A stretch of 64,000 nucleotides of DNA from Utricularia gibba. Taxonomy: Eukaryota; Plantae; Magnoliophyta. A program made the position numbers and the translations under genes. The notes under the pieces were generated by a model. It ran no database searches. It was not told where the DNA came from and worked only from the letters and a program-made list of their open reading frames with translations. The stretch is taken from NCBI GenBank assembly GCA_002189035.1, contig CM007989.1, positions 1,798,001 through 1,862,000 on the forward strand, given 5' to 3'. Of the stretch, positions 13,676 through 28,000 are shown piece after piece (positions within the stretch are counted from its first letter, which is position 1; each line of letters opens with the position of its first letter).

Positions 13676-15363
13676 TTAGGAACGCGAGAGAACGCCCTTG
13701 GAGCTGCAGGAGGTGCAAAACAGCACTCTTAGTTTTATCATACAAGTGACACAGCACCATACTCTATATTCTGTAGATTGCTGCTGTAGAGCGGCTTAAG
13801 ATGCATCATTAACCTGGGAATGCTTCCTCTACGACGATGATCGTATTCCGTCGCCTGGCGAAGAGCCCTTGCAAAAGCCTTGAAAGTTGCCTCAATAATG
13901 TGGTGAGAATTTCTTCCCGAAAGCTGTTTCAACTCGTACTCAGAAGCCAATGTAAGATCATTTATCGAATGCATCACCTAATGCATTCACTCCTAAATCA
14001 GAGGTCTCAAAACTATGGGTCTTGAGATGATACGTTACCTGTCTTATGTGAAGTGTCATTCCCGAGGTATTGACTAATGACTGAAAGAAATGCTCCACCA
14101 ACTGAATCAAATGTTCGGTAGTCAGGAGCGTCAATAAAAAGTAAAGGCAACTATTGAGGGAGAGAAAAAAGAAGGCAAGGGCGTTAGATCAGGGCTGAAG
14201 TAGACCAGGAACTGACTACCTGTGTGTCATAAGAGCCCACTCTCTCAGTTGGTATACGCAAATCATAACTCAAATGTGGTCTTCCAGACAAATCCTACAA
14301 AAAAATGAATATAAGTGCTACGCAATAATAGGAAATATGATAGTTTCTATTCATATATTTGTTAGTATACATGTAAAGCTAATGCCATCATACAAGCGAG
14401 ACATGCACAAGTGCTTCATCAAGAGGAGCTGAGAAGTCTCCAAACCGGTTGATACCCTTTCTATCACCAAGTGCCTGAAGAATGGCCTGCAATAACAGCA
14501 CATTGTACAGATGCCGAAAAAACAGTCACAACAACCAATGTTAATAACAAACATACAGTCCCAATAGCTAAAGCAACATCTTCATTGGTGTGATGATCAT
14601 CAATATGAGTATCTCCAGTGGCCTTGACATGCAGGTCAAATAGACCATGAGATGCAAGTTGCTGAAACAAGCAGAAGTTCACATTCAGTATATCAACAGA
14701 ATAAGCAGCAACACCTTCTAATAATTTCATATGAAATACGGTGGTTCGTGTGTACGCAATAACACAATGATCATGCCTACACTTGATATACAAGATGAAT
14801 GAAAAAAACATGTGTTTTGGTGTCATTAACAGAGATGTAATAGAGATAAATTATTTCACCTAGTGGATTGGAGACCAAGTATCGACATTTTGCATCATAT
14901 AGCACAGAAGACATGATGAAGGATTCTACGTAAACTTACGTCTAGCATGTGATCAAGGAAATGGATCCCAGAATTATTTTCGGCAACGCCATCGCCATCT
15001 AAATTAACCTTTACATAAACCTGGGTTTCTTTTGTGACCCTTTCGACCTCTCCAAGCCGCCCACCTGATAATGATATTAAAAAAAAAAGCCCTTTCCAGG
15101 AACAAGAAGAAGAGTGGAACCTTAGAATTAAGATACTTCACCTTGATCCGATGCTGTCAATAAAGAACTATTGTTACCGGAGGCACGAAGCGACACAGAC
15201 TCCATTACCGGACTCCAAGATTGGGGAAGAAGGCATGAAAATTGAAGTGCGGGCGATGTTGAGGGAACAGCACACAGCGAGAGCAAGGAAGTGACGGCTG
15301 GAAAACACGCAACTGTGGCATGAATGCGCCACCAATGGAAGATTTAAAGATCGTTAACTCCAT
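13676..15363 (-). CDS. HISN5: Imidazoleglycerol-phosphate dehydratase, plastid (histidine biosynthesis)
   Basis: Motifs [49 protein letters not shown] and final exon SKGVLSRS*. Exon 1 (15363-15178, transit peptide) is 186 nt but needs 187 for the phase-1 junction. Confidence 0.93.
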
Positions 15364-15444
15364 GGAACCGAGAGGGAACCGAAAGAGGGTCGCTGAGTGA
15401 GACGAGACGGGAGCTTGTTACCAGCGAAGAAGATGACTTCACCT

Positions 15445-15560
15445 CGGCCCAAACTCTATTTTGACCCAATATTATAATCATATGGGCCTTATTCTTGCGC
15501 AATATATCCATCCGGCCAATAAAAGGCCCGATATTTATTCACATATGGGGATGGGCCATA
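15445..15560. promoter_or_regulatory. Cluster of site II (TGGGCC/GGCCC) motifs upstream of IGPD
   Basis: ggcccaa, atgggcc, aggcccg and atgggcc within about 115 bp, 80-200 bp upstream of the ATG. This is a typical TCP-bound housekeeping promoter arrangement. Confidence 0.5.
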
Positions 15561-15660
15561 TTTCTTTCTTATTTTTAAAATTACATTAATTAACAATTTA
15601 AAAAATAATAAACCACTTATGATTTAAAATACAATAAGATAAACAATGAACTACAATTTT

Positions 15661-18600
15661 TTAAACAATACATAAAATCATTTTCAGAGGACGCTTGATT
15701 ACATTCACCCCACCATAAGAAGGTACATCGTCGTCATTGTAGCCACTCCACACGTAAGATCTAAGCAGCGCTACCAGAAAAGAAAAGGATGCAAAAGGCC
15801 TTGCAGGTGTTACATGGATGAGGGGCGGTGTCTCAGCCGATTCATAACACGGGGCTGGGCCGGGAGGCACCGGAATGAGGAGGCGCGCGGTGGTCTTTGT
15901 TGAGGCTAAGATGCCGGAGTCGGACATGTAGAAGCAGTTGTAGTTTATGCGGGTCACAAGGGCAGCTAAATGTGGGAACTGCCCTACATTCAGCTTCACT
16001 GATAGAATCTGCAGGTAAAAGAGGAAAATGGAGAGGGATGAGAGAAGGAATAAATGGATTCCTTGAGAACAAATGTAGGGTAGGGTGCCTTTACCCTGAG
16101 AAGAAAGGCCATGCAGTCATTGAACTGCTTCTCTATCTGCTCCACTTCTTTCTCGCACCGTGCTTTGACTGCAGAAATTGCTCCACCGCTGCTGCTAAGG
16201 GTATGCTGTATGGAGTAGAAATCTAGAGCCAGACCGAGCACCATGTTTATGCGGCTGGCGATGAGACCTCCCTGCAAGTTCAAAGGAAACTCTTTGAAGG
16301 TGCTGAAAGTGGTGATTTTTATTTAAACATGGCAACAGGTTGGAGACCAGCTTGTCTGGAACTACGAAGCACTGTCTCTGAATTGACTGGAGGTAGGACT
16401 CATGAACTTCGATGGCTTCGTCCAGCGTTCCTGCTGCTGTAACACCCTGGCAGAGTTCACGCCATGCATTGTGATAAACCTTTTAACAGGAAGAAAAGAA
16501 TGTTACTACCTCAGCAGCGTGGATACGAAAACAAAGCATCATTGTGGGTAGTGCAAATAGGTACGGACAGGGAGGAAAAAGGATGACTAGATTATAGAGC
16601 AAGCTGCTGAACTGACATAATTCACACTGAGATATATGCAGTGCCGCGACAATCAGAAAATAACATTACCCTGTCCATCACGTATTGCTGAAAAGCATTT
16701 ACAAAATGAAGCATTTTATGCTCCAGTAACCAGTGGCGTTTCGATTTACTTGTTGCAGTCCCTCTATCCTGAGAGATTTTAACATACAAGAGCAAGGATC
16801 ATCTAAGGAACACATTTTAGAAAAGAAGACTCTTTATTATGAGACACGAGTCGGCTCATGCATTCTAACATGGACGTGTATTACACTACGTACCTTCCAC
16901 ATGCATTTCCGAGCCTTGTCAAGAACAAACTTGGCACGCTTTACCTTCAATAAGAAAATCATTACCTGCACGAGGAGAAACATTCATTTGGAATGAAAGA
17001 AATTTCCCCTATTCCTATATATTTAAACTACCTGATTATACTTTTTCAGAGCCTCCGAGTTAGCAATCAGCTCAAGTGGCCAAGACACCTGCTATATCAC
17101 ACCAAAACAAAGATTAGGGTATTTTTTGGTTACTCATTTCAGACTAGCAGAGGAAAACATCGAATTCTTCAAGTTGATGCCCTCTATAAGTGAAGTCAAG
17201 TTATAGCCCACCTTATATGTGAACTTCAATGAATCAAGGGCATCCATCCTAGAGCCCCGTAGTTTACCATCACGAGACGCTGAAACAGAAGCGGAAGGAG
17301 TTTGGGGCTTATCTTCACTGGGACCTGGATTCTTGGCTACTGATATAACCAAGCAATCAGCTGAACTAAGCATCACACTATCTGCTGAATATCTTATAGA
17401 TTCCTGAATGAAACCATGAGATTAGGCAGAAAATCGACAGAGAGAAAACCAATATTGCAGTGTAGCATTAAGGATATAAAAATGGGCGAAATTTTTTTTT
17501 TAAAAAAAAGAACACCGAGAAACACAAATCAGAAAATACTAAAACAAAATGAAGTTTGGCGACATGGGCTTGAGTTACAAGAAGTGATGATGGTTGCGCA
17601 TGGTAAGATAAAAATGTGGCATAGTTTAGATGACACACCATCCACTTCAGAAAAAACTAAACATAAAGCAACTATTAGAAACAGTAAATTTCATCCACTG
17701 TCGCAGAAAGCTCTTTCAACACGAAGATTATAGAATTAGAACCAATTTGATAAAATATTAGCGACATACAAGAACACATTGGCTATGTTAGAAAGCGAAA
17801 AATTAAACATTAGGTAACTATTCGAAACAGTGAATTTCAGCCGCTGGTGCAGAAAGCTCTTTCATGTTGAAGGTTGTAGAATTAGAGCTACCTTGATAAA
17901 AAACTAGCAGCACACACCATTCCTAACAGTTATGTTAGAAAGGCTCTCATTTCTCAAGTCTTTTCAGAGTTAACATAATTTGAAAGGTACAGACGAATCT
18001 AGGCATACGCATATGGATGTAGTTCAAGACACATTAGAAATTCACCTGCAAAGCTGTGTTCAACTCAAAATCATCATCTAAGTTTTCCCCCATGTCCAAC
18101 TTATTGAATATCACAGACAGAAAATGCTGGAGCAGATCGCCTAGAGATAAATCATTTAAACACAACCAAACATAATAGAGAGCACAAACGACACTCTAAG
18201 AAAGACAGTAGCAATCAAACGCAGATGATTGTACCTGATCCCAATAAATATATAGCACGTAGCACACATAACTCATCTAACAATCGCCAATCATGCAGCA
18301 ATTTTCTCAGTATAGTCCTGCCAATATAATCAGCCTGCAGACAGAACATTTGAGAACTATAGAAATTGTCACATTTGAATAACAGAAGCAATAAAATCTA
18401 AGAGAAACCTGTCTCCTGATATAGACGATTAGGCATTCTTGAAGAATCACTGAAGGAAGTATGTTACTTTTAAGTTCAGCCTTTGAATCCAGTCAAGGAC
18501 TCTAGAAAGGAGGGTGCTGTTATTCTGAAAGGGTAGCATCTCAGATATCTGGATTCCATCCTGTTCAAGAATCAAAGAATCTAAAAACTGGCAAACGTAA

Positions 18601-20804
18601 AACAGAAAATTCCTCATGATGAAAACACCATACCGTCAAATGAGGAAGTAAAGTTGGATAGGGAAGCAAATTCTCTAGAGCCTGAGCATCTTCTAGAAAC
18701 CGAAAATATTCTGAATCAGCAAACTGAACGCCGAACATATAGTCAGTGCTTTCCATGGTCGAATCATTATCACCAAATATAGCTCGTCTTAGTGACGCAT
18801 CATTTAAAGGGGGAGACAGAAAGCCTCAGATACATTCAATGAGGCCCCAGCATCCTTGTTCTCCTCTAGAATACCATGACATACAGTAATAGAAGGATTT
18901 TCATGACAGTAATTTTGAGGAAGTTTTCTCTCTGTCACATTAACACAATCGTCACCTTTTTGATTCACTGAAGAAAAAAAATGCCAAACTTCCTTTTCTG
19001 TGCTAAGGTTTCATCCAATAATTTGTGCCAGAATCTTTTCGATATTGGCTCTAATGGCAAGGCACCATCACCTGATGAATCGATCTCCTGAATGTCATTT
19101 ACAGCTTCAGAGTATGATTTATCATATCCCCATAGGCACTCACTTACACGATCCCTGTAATCAACAAGAGCAACTACTGATATACAAAGGCTTCTGATAA
19201 ACTCAGTCCATCTAAGGTATGAACAACCTCTGTTTTGTCCTCACATGCTCCTGAAAGAGACCTAACTGGGTCATGCTCAATCAGCTGCAAGGATTTCCCT
19301 GTGGAAATTATCCTCTTTGCTATCTCCTTAATGAAAAATGGGCAAACATGAAAGTCTTCCGGTTTTCATCTTTTTTGATTTGTCAAACTAGAAAAAGAGA
19401 TGTTCGCTCCTCCGGTAGTATCCTTAGTCTCCTTGGCTGAAGATGATAAATATGAGGACGCATCGGCAACATATGATCTCTCTGAGATAGAAGACCTTGG
19501 TTGGTAGCTCTTCTCCCAAAATTCAGACTCATGTATCGCAATTTCTTTGTTGGAAACAAAGAACATCTGGAGAACACCATAGTAGCCTCAGTGGTGTTAT
19601 GCACAGCCCATGGCAAGCTGAAATCTATGTAAGGAAAATACACACCTCCTGAAAAGGGTCATCAAGAGTCCCTTGGAAAAGCCAAGAATCTAGACTCTCA
19701 ATGTATGGGAGCAACGTGCCAACAAATATATAAAGAAACATCTTGTAGACATCTTCCTGAAAGCAACACATGCTTCTAATTATGTCTTGAAAGCGCACAT
19801 ACATATACAAAAGCTTCAAGTATGAAAAACAACCTGTCCTCCTTGCAAAAGGCATACTTCATTGAACTTCACATAGATATGGTTAAGAATGTGAACAGAA
19901 ATATCCGCAGCAGAAATACTGGGATCCGATTCAAAAAAAAACTGGGGGATTGCTCCAAACACTAGCTGAAACAAATATTCCGCACCTGAGCAAAGGCTAC
20001 AGAGAGATATAAGAGTAGAAATCAGGAAAAAAATCAAGCAGGAGTAGTTGAGGAAGTTTGAAAAGGTTCAATGAGTGGATGAGGTGTCCCCACAAGTGAT
20101 GATAAAGCACTGAGAATCTGAATACCCACTACTAAAGCAGCCAAACCTTGATAAAGAACTTGACAAACCCAATATAGTAGGTGTCAAGCCTCCATTTGAA
20201 CCCTTCACTTTCACTTCCTCCTTCAAGGCACAATCCTCATCATCTGTGAGAAGAAAGAAAATGAACAATCTTAAAAAGCATGATAAGAATATAAAAACTG
20301 TCCTATTAAGAGCAAGTGCGTGCATAATGAAAGCACATGCATTGAGCCATGTTCTACTGGAGCCAGCAAATGCTCTCAATGTAGGAGAAGGCAAGCTATT
20401 GGATTTCTCAATTTTGTTTAACATCTTGTCAACTAATTGCAGACATGTTGCGGGGTACAAAAACTGATGAAGTATGCAATACAAGCTTGTCTGCGAAAAT
20501 GGGCCACATGGATTCCAGTTTTGAACTGAAAGCATGATCGTTTTATGTCCCAATAGAAGATGGCACTAGATAATCCCTGCATCATTTGCAACACCCCTTG
20601 AACCTAAGCAGGACAGAAAAAAAAGAACAATAAGAGAACACTCATCGTTATGATCAAGTATTCCAGAAACAGAGCTGAAAAAAATATTCATATTACCAAA
20701 TCAGCTTCAAGCGTCCTCAAAGAAGACGGGGGACTTGCAAAATGTATGTCTCCACCAGTGAAGTGGCTATGAAGCCTATCTATCAAGCTTTCTTTCAACT
20801 CCAT
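15661..20804 (-). CDS. GCP5: Gamma-tubulin complex component 5 (GCP5/TUBGCP5-like), multi-exon, several apparent frame breaks; exact stop uncertain (15661-15842)
   Basis: N-terminus MELKESLIDRLHSHFTGGDIHFASPPSSLRTLEADL-VQGVLQMMQGLSSAIFYWD; LLPYIESLDSWLFQGTLDDPF; HESEFWEKSY; CPFFIKEIAKRIISTGKSLQL; C-terminal KLNVGQFPHLAALVTRINYN. A 5' UTR exon probably extends to about 21480. Confidence 0.88.
17659..17942. repeat. Diverged tandem duplication of about 145 bp inside a GCP5 intron
   Basis: 17659-17795 and 17805-17942 share aactatt.gaaacagt.aatttca, gcagaaagctctttca, tagaattaga, ttgataaaa and tatgttagaaag. Confidence 0.8.
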
Positions 20805-21704
20805 AACTGATATCAATCTCAGTGATCAGATTCGCCAACAATATTAGGTCAATGCATTTCTGGGAAAACAAATTCCAAGTCCTTCCCAGTTAGAAGCAAC
20901 CGGGAACAAATGAAGTAAATATTGGTCTTAACATCGCGGGAATGGACTCCTCACAAGATGCAAATCCCGAAACACGGAAAAGCATCCGTACAATCAAAAG
21001 TTAAAACTTGATCCAAAATTTGTATTTCTGCATACACGCAAATAAGAGCATAAGCATACATTACCGTTACACTCGAATTCAACAATGCCACTGCTTTCAG
21101 TGAGATCTAAAAATCGGCTCTAGGGAAAAAAAATTGAAAGAAAGAAAATTCAACATGTTTTTGATCGATTAAATGATTTTGAGTTTAGTTACGACATACA
21201 TCAGTGTAGACAAAAACAAAATAATTTCGAAGCACTCAATGCAGGACCAAATTCAACCATGCTACTAAGCAAAATCTTACAAACAAGCGCAAACACACGA
21301 ATATGAAGGTGAGGGGAACCTGGAAACATGAGAAAAACAAAAACCTTAACTAAATTGACGAACATAATTAGGTAAGAACATTGAAACCTTGGAGAAAATG
21401 GAGAATTGCGCGGACACGATTACTAGGGTTGCGTTCGAAAATCCAACCGCGGAGTTTCCGTTGAGTGTTCGGTGACCCTTCGAAAATAAGAGAGCGAACT
21501 GTCGTGTGTTTATACTTCAAAAGTCTTTTAACCAAAAAAATATAGCTTTAAGTATTTGAGTAGTAAAAAATAATTGATCTGAAGTTAAAAACTCTGGTGA
21601 ATAAAATATTATCGAGTTATTATTCAATTTTAAATAAAACTCCATTTTGATAGAGTTTACGTTGCGGGCAGCAGGCGCGTGAGGGTGACTCATTCAACGG
21701 CGCC

Positions 21705-22399
21705 GGATATTCCAAGGAATGTTCTTGTCCACTTCCGCGAGGAGGGCCGGGCCGGGCCGGGCTGACTCGATAAACGCAATCCTGATGGATAGATGGATAG
21801 GTACTTCTTAAAAGAATCCATTTTTCCAGATAATTAAATTCTTTGTTTTTTTTTTGTACAAAATGAAGCGTGCTGTCGGAATCCTTCCGAGAATATCCGT
21901 GTCTGAAATAACAAATTATTATTACTCGGTGCGAATAGGACAAAAGAACTCAAAGGTAGACAAATGAGAATGGGACTCTGAGTTCTCTTCATCATTAGCT
22001 ACCTCAATTGTGAATTACCACGCCTGATCTTCATTTAATTATATATTTTCATTGGAGTATAAACGTTTTTTGCAGATATTATAATATTGGAATATTATAG
22101 AAATAAAAATGATATTTAGATTCAAATAAATAATTTTTATTAAAACGTTTTATGTTTCGTATTGAAGTTTTATAAGGAAGGGAAAACAGTGATGTCCGTA
22201 ATTTAAAGTAATCATTGGTGAAGTATAATTTCATAAATATCTTCCGCTCGAGTACAACGAAAAAGGGAAAATAATTCTTTAAAAAGGGTTACGGTTTTTT
22301 TTCTCTGAGGAGATTCCATGAACTGATTGATTGGGATTCAAAACAGATAGGGGAGGAAGTTGGCTACAGTGGCAAGGTTGACGTGGAGGAAGCATATAC
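21705..22399. promoter_or_regulatory. Three P1BS (GNATATNC) elements upstream of PFA-DSP
   Basis: GGATATTC 21705-21712, GAATATCC 21891-21898, GCATATAC 22392-22399. Confidence 0.5.
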
Positions 22400-22457
22400 C
22401 GTTGGAAGCCCCGGACCGAAACTGTGTGCGGCTGCTGCTGTTAAAGGCAGATTCAGA

Positions 22458-23477
<1,020 letters not shown>

Positions 23478-23699
23478 CCTGACCCAGAGGCCAACAGTGA
23501 CATGTCGTCGTCACTCCCACCCCACTTGTATTTCTGTGGCTGGATATGATCCATTTTTGCGTCATTTCCGAAACCAATAAAAAAGAAAGCATTTGCATGT
23601 GCGCCTCAGTTTGTTTGTTTACTTTTTCTCATGGAACTGGGAACGGATCCGACATTTAACTACAAGCCGTACAATTTACGTTGGTTCAACAGCAGATTA

Positions 23700-24602
23700 C
23701 GGCGCGTTTGGTTGATAGGTTTGGTTTAAATCCAAATTTAGTTTATTTGGGTTTAGATAACCCGATTTCATGGGTTTAAAGGATGTAATTCGTGTTTGGT
23801 TGATGAGTTTAGATTATTTGGGTTTAAGATAAATACACGTTTGGTATATAGGTTTAAAATTAGGTTTGTAATGATTTTCATATGAAATTATCAATATAAC
23901 ATTTTGGTTAATTAAAATAAATTATCATATATTTTATTTTTCTATATCATTTTATAAGTTCAATCGAGCACCGCATAGCATAAATTACGGTGCTTAGTTG
24001 AAATTTTATTTTATAACAAGCACTGAGTAATAATAGACACGGTACTTGTTTTCAAAACGAAAACTCACATTCAACATAAAAAATGAAAACCCAGAATATT
24101 AAACATGCTGTTATTATTTTCATCTTTATCTTTTTCTTTATTTTATTCTTATTCTTATTAATCTTCTTCTTCTTCTTTTTCTTCTTCTTCTTCTTCTTCT
24201 TATTTTTCTTCTTCTTCTTCCTTTTCTTCTTCTTCTTCTTCTTATTCTTCAACAGATTTGAACAAATCTGAACAAATCTGTTACAGATCTAAATAAATAT
24301 GCTACAGATATGTAAAAATTTTAACTTTCAAAAAAATTGGTAAATAGATCTGTGTATCTGGTTTCTGATAAATCTACGTTCAAATATGATTCACGTGAGG
24401 GCAAAAATAGAAGCACCGAGTTGGGTTTAGCTAAACCGACCCCCCCCCCTTGGGTTTAGCTAAACCCAGCTCCATAGGTTCCCGTCTTGTTTATGGTCAA
24501 AAGGTGGATTTATTTTTATCCATCTGAAACCCACGAACCAAACGTAGGTTTATGTCTAAACCCACGTTACAACTCACCTAAACCCAGCAATCAAACGCAC
24601 AC
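23700..24602. mobile_element. PIF/Harbinger (Tourist-like) non-autonomous element, about 900 bp
   Basis: TTA direct repeats at 23697-23699 and 24603-24605. Imperfect TIRs cggcgcgtttggttgataggttt and aaacccagcaatcaaacgcacac. No transposase ORF. Confidence 0.75.
24110..24250. repeat. (TTC)n microsatellite inside the Tourist-like element
   Basis: Degenerate then near-pure TTC array. Confidence 0.9.
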
Positions 24603-25026
24603 TTAGGGTTGATTTTTTTAAAAAAAATGGGATGAAATTTGATTTATTGTAGAATTTGATTTTTAAATATTATATTTGATTATAAATTGTTTGAATGAAA
24701 TTTTTATAATTATTTTCTACCTAGCACTTAGCAGACTAGAAGTAGAACAGTTTTTATTACAGGCAATTACTTTCAAAATTGATTGTATTATTTTTTTTAC
24801 ATTTCCAAGATTTTCCAAAATTTCCGTTTTTAAATATATTCCAATTTTGGGTCTCCCACGTCATTAGGATTAATTTTTTAAAATTCGATCAAATTGATAA
24901 CTAAATTCTACTGCTGCTTTTGTAATTTTGTCGAGAATCATCTTTTGATTAAAACCCTCTAAAAACCCACTACGAGGGTTCGTGCTTACGCACTCACTAC
25001 GGAGGGTACTCTTGCCTTCCCCATCG

Positions 25027-28000
25027 ATGGCGGAGCCCAAGGCCAAGTACGATCGTCAGCTCAGGTGAAGTCCTACGTCAATTTAATCTTGATGTTTCTT
25101 CCGTTTGAATCTTCCTCGTTTTGCCGTAGTTCCTTAGGGTAAAGGTCATGATTGGTTTGCAGGATTTGGGGTGAGCAAGGACAAGCGGCGCTTGAGAAGT
25201 CGAGCGTTTGCTTGCTGAATTGTGGCCCTACGGGTTCAGAGACATTGAAAAATCTAGTTCTTGGCGGCATCGGAAGCATTACTGTCGTTGACGGTGGCAA
25301 GGTTGAACTTGGTGACCTGGGAAATAATTTCATGGGTATGTCCTCAGCCTTTCGTGCTAATGGAAGCTACGAATGCCTGTTGGGAAAAACGGGTACTTTA
25401 CCCTATGTAATTTGGTTCTTGAATATTTAGTGGATGAAGCGAGCGTGGGGCAATCTAAGTCAAAAACCGTCTGTGCGTTTCTGGAGGAGTTGAATGATGC
25501 AGTCAAGGCAAAATTTATTGAGGAATACCCGGAGAAGTTAATAGAATCTAACCGATCATTCTTCAAACAGTTTACATTGATAATAGCTACACAGGTCCAG
25601 CCTACTCTTTATTTTGTTTTAAGAACATTTACTTCCACTGCTTACGTTGGGACGTGTAACCATGAGGCAAACGTAGTCATCGTACGTGTGGTATTTGTTA
25701 TGTTCAAGAATTTGTATCAGCTGTATTGAATTGAACTCATCACTATTTTAACAACTTTTATTAGTTGGAGGTGTGGATGTATGTGCGCTATTCACTGTGT
25801 TTCTCTTCCGCATTATTTCAGCGCTTCTGGCCATAAGGCTAGTGCAGCTAACATGCTATATAGCTAAGCTCTACTGTCTGCCATGGTGTCTCTGCGCGTT
25901 AAGTTGCTGAAACCATATTTTGAGCGCTTCTCTTCCGTTGAGATCTTTGTGAATGCAGAAAACAATTTTTTTCCCTACTGCGAGAGATTCTTCTACCCCT
26001 AACGACCTTACTACCTGTATCAGCATTGCAGCCACCAACACCCCTTTAAATTTTATGATTGGCTTGACATGCTCTTCATTGTTTCCTTTCCTTCAAAGTG
26101 AGATTCGTTATTTCTTTCCTAAATAGATCCAGCAACGTCATCTGTTTTTTCTTTTTAGAAGGAAAATAAAAAAAGGAGCGTCTGCTTATGTCTGTTAATT
26201 TGCACTGTCTTGTTAAAATATAAATATATGTCATTTTGCTAATGTAATTTGATTTCTTGATGCTTCAGTATAAGATGATCACTTTTGCATATTTTTGAGA
26301 TGAGCCATATTTTCATTTTGCTTCCCAGCTTGCTGAGACTTTTATGGTGAAACTGGATAGAATTTGTCGAGAAGAAAATGTCATGCTTATATTTGCGCGA
26401 TCGTATGGCCTCACTGGTTTTGTGCGGATTAGTGTGAAGGTAATTTTGGATGTACCCTTTGTTTCTACTCTAGCCCTTATAGCGATACTTTTCTTTTTCT
26501 TTCCTTTTTTTTTCTTGAATGAGGTTGATTGTTGTTTCTACTCTAGCCCTTATAATTTCCTTTTTCTTTCCTTTTTTATTTTATTTTATTTTTGTCCTTT
26601 GGTCATGTAGCTTTCAAATCTAGCTAGGAATGAGGATCCTGCTGTTAAATTTTCCTCCATACCCATTGAAAAACGTTATTCTCTCAATATCTTGATCGTC
26701 TATGAAGTTGAAAATATGTATGAATGAAGTTTATTTACTGACTTACTCTTGGACCATGACACTTCCACTGCAGGAACACACAGTAATTGACTCAAAGCCA
26801 GATCATTTTCTGGATGATCTTCGATTAAATCATCCATGGGTAGAGCTTAAAAGGTTTTGCCTTCTCCGTGCTACCTGAACTCGTGTCTTGCCCCATGTGT
26901 CATCTGTTTAAGTACTGTTTTCTTAGCAGATTTGTAGAGATGATAGATTTGGATACAACTGATCCAGTTGCTCATAAGCACACGCCATATATCATCATAC
27001 TCATTAAGATGGCAGAGCGTTGGACAAAAACTCATGGTGGGAATCTTCCCTCAACTAGGGAAGAAAAGAATATATTTAAGGTGCTTAACGAGCTACTCAT
27101 TGTTTTATTTTATGTTCTGTTTATTTTCTTTTTTCACCAGTCGACTTGTTTGTTCTATGTGAATGCTCTAGGATTCGATCAAGAACATGATGATCGCACC
27201 TGATGAAGACAATTATAAAGAAGCTATCGAGGCAGCATTCAAGGTCTTTGCACCAAGAGGAATTAGTAAGTCAAAATTTGAATTGCACATGAAAGTTAAA
27301 ATGGAAAATTGATAGTCTTTTCAGTGTCTTTATCACGTATCTTTTTTATCTAATAAATCGTAGGAACAGTGACTTATTGGATCCTGCTTTCGCCAGACAC
27401 TCACCTTTTGGAGTTATTGGATCATTCTTTAAAAAAATGTTATCACCACTTTTATTTTTCAAACATAAATATAGTCATTTGGGTGATGCTCCTTCCTTAT
27501 GAAGTTTTATCTTTATCTTTTTGTTTTTTAATCTTCTCTATCATATTTTCTTTTAAGATTTTCTCGTTATATCTCTATCCCTGTGCCAGGTTCTGACTTA
27601 CAACAGGTACTTAGTGATAGTTGTGCTGATGTTGATTCCAATTCATCAGAGTTTTGGGTCCTTGTGTCAGCTCTCCAGGTAATTGTTAATTTTTAGATAC
27701 TAACACAGCCAAAACTTACTGCTTCCTTTTGAAAGCATTTGTTTCAAGCAAACGAATGCTTTCCAGTTCATAACTATTTTCTTTACAATCCTGTTCTGAT
27801 GCTTCGAAAGAAGTGTATGCAATATCAAGTCCTCCATATGAGGTTCTTTAGTAAAAATTCAGGAATTTATAGACAACGAAGGTGATGGTGCAGTGCCTCT
27901 GGAAGGCAGCATTCCGGATATGACGTCTTCAACAGAGTAATTTCCTAATCTTTTGCTGAAATATGTACCAGTTTTCTATCTTTCTACTTTTCTTTTGCTC

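Noticed and set aside
24052-24271. Poly-Lys and poly-Phe ORFs
   Set aside because: Translations of the (TTC)n microsatellite inside a MITE.
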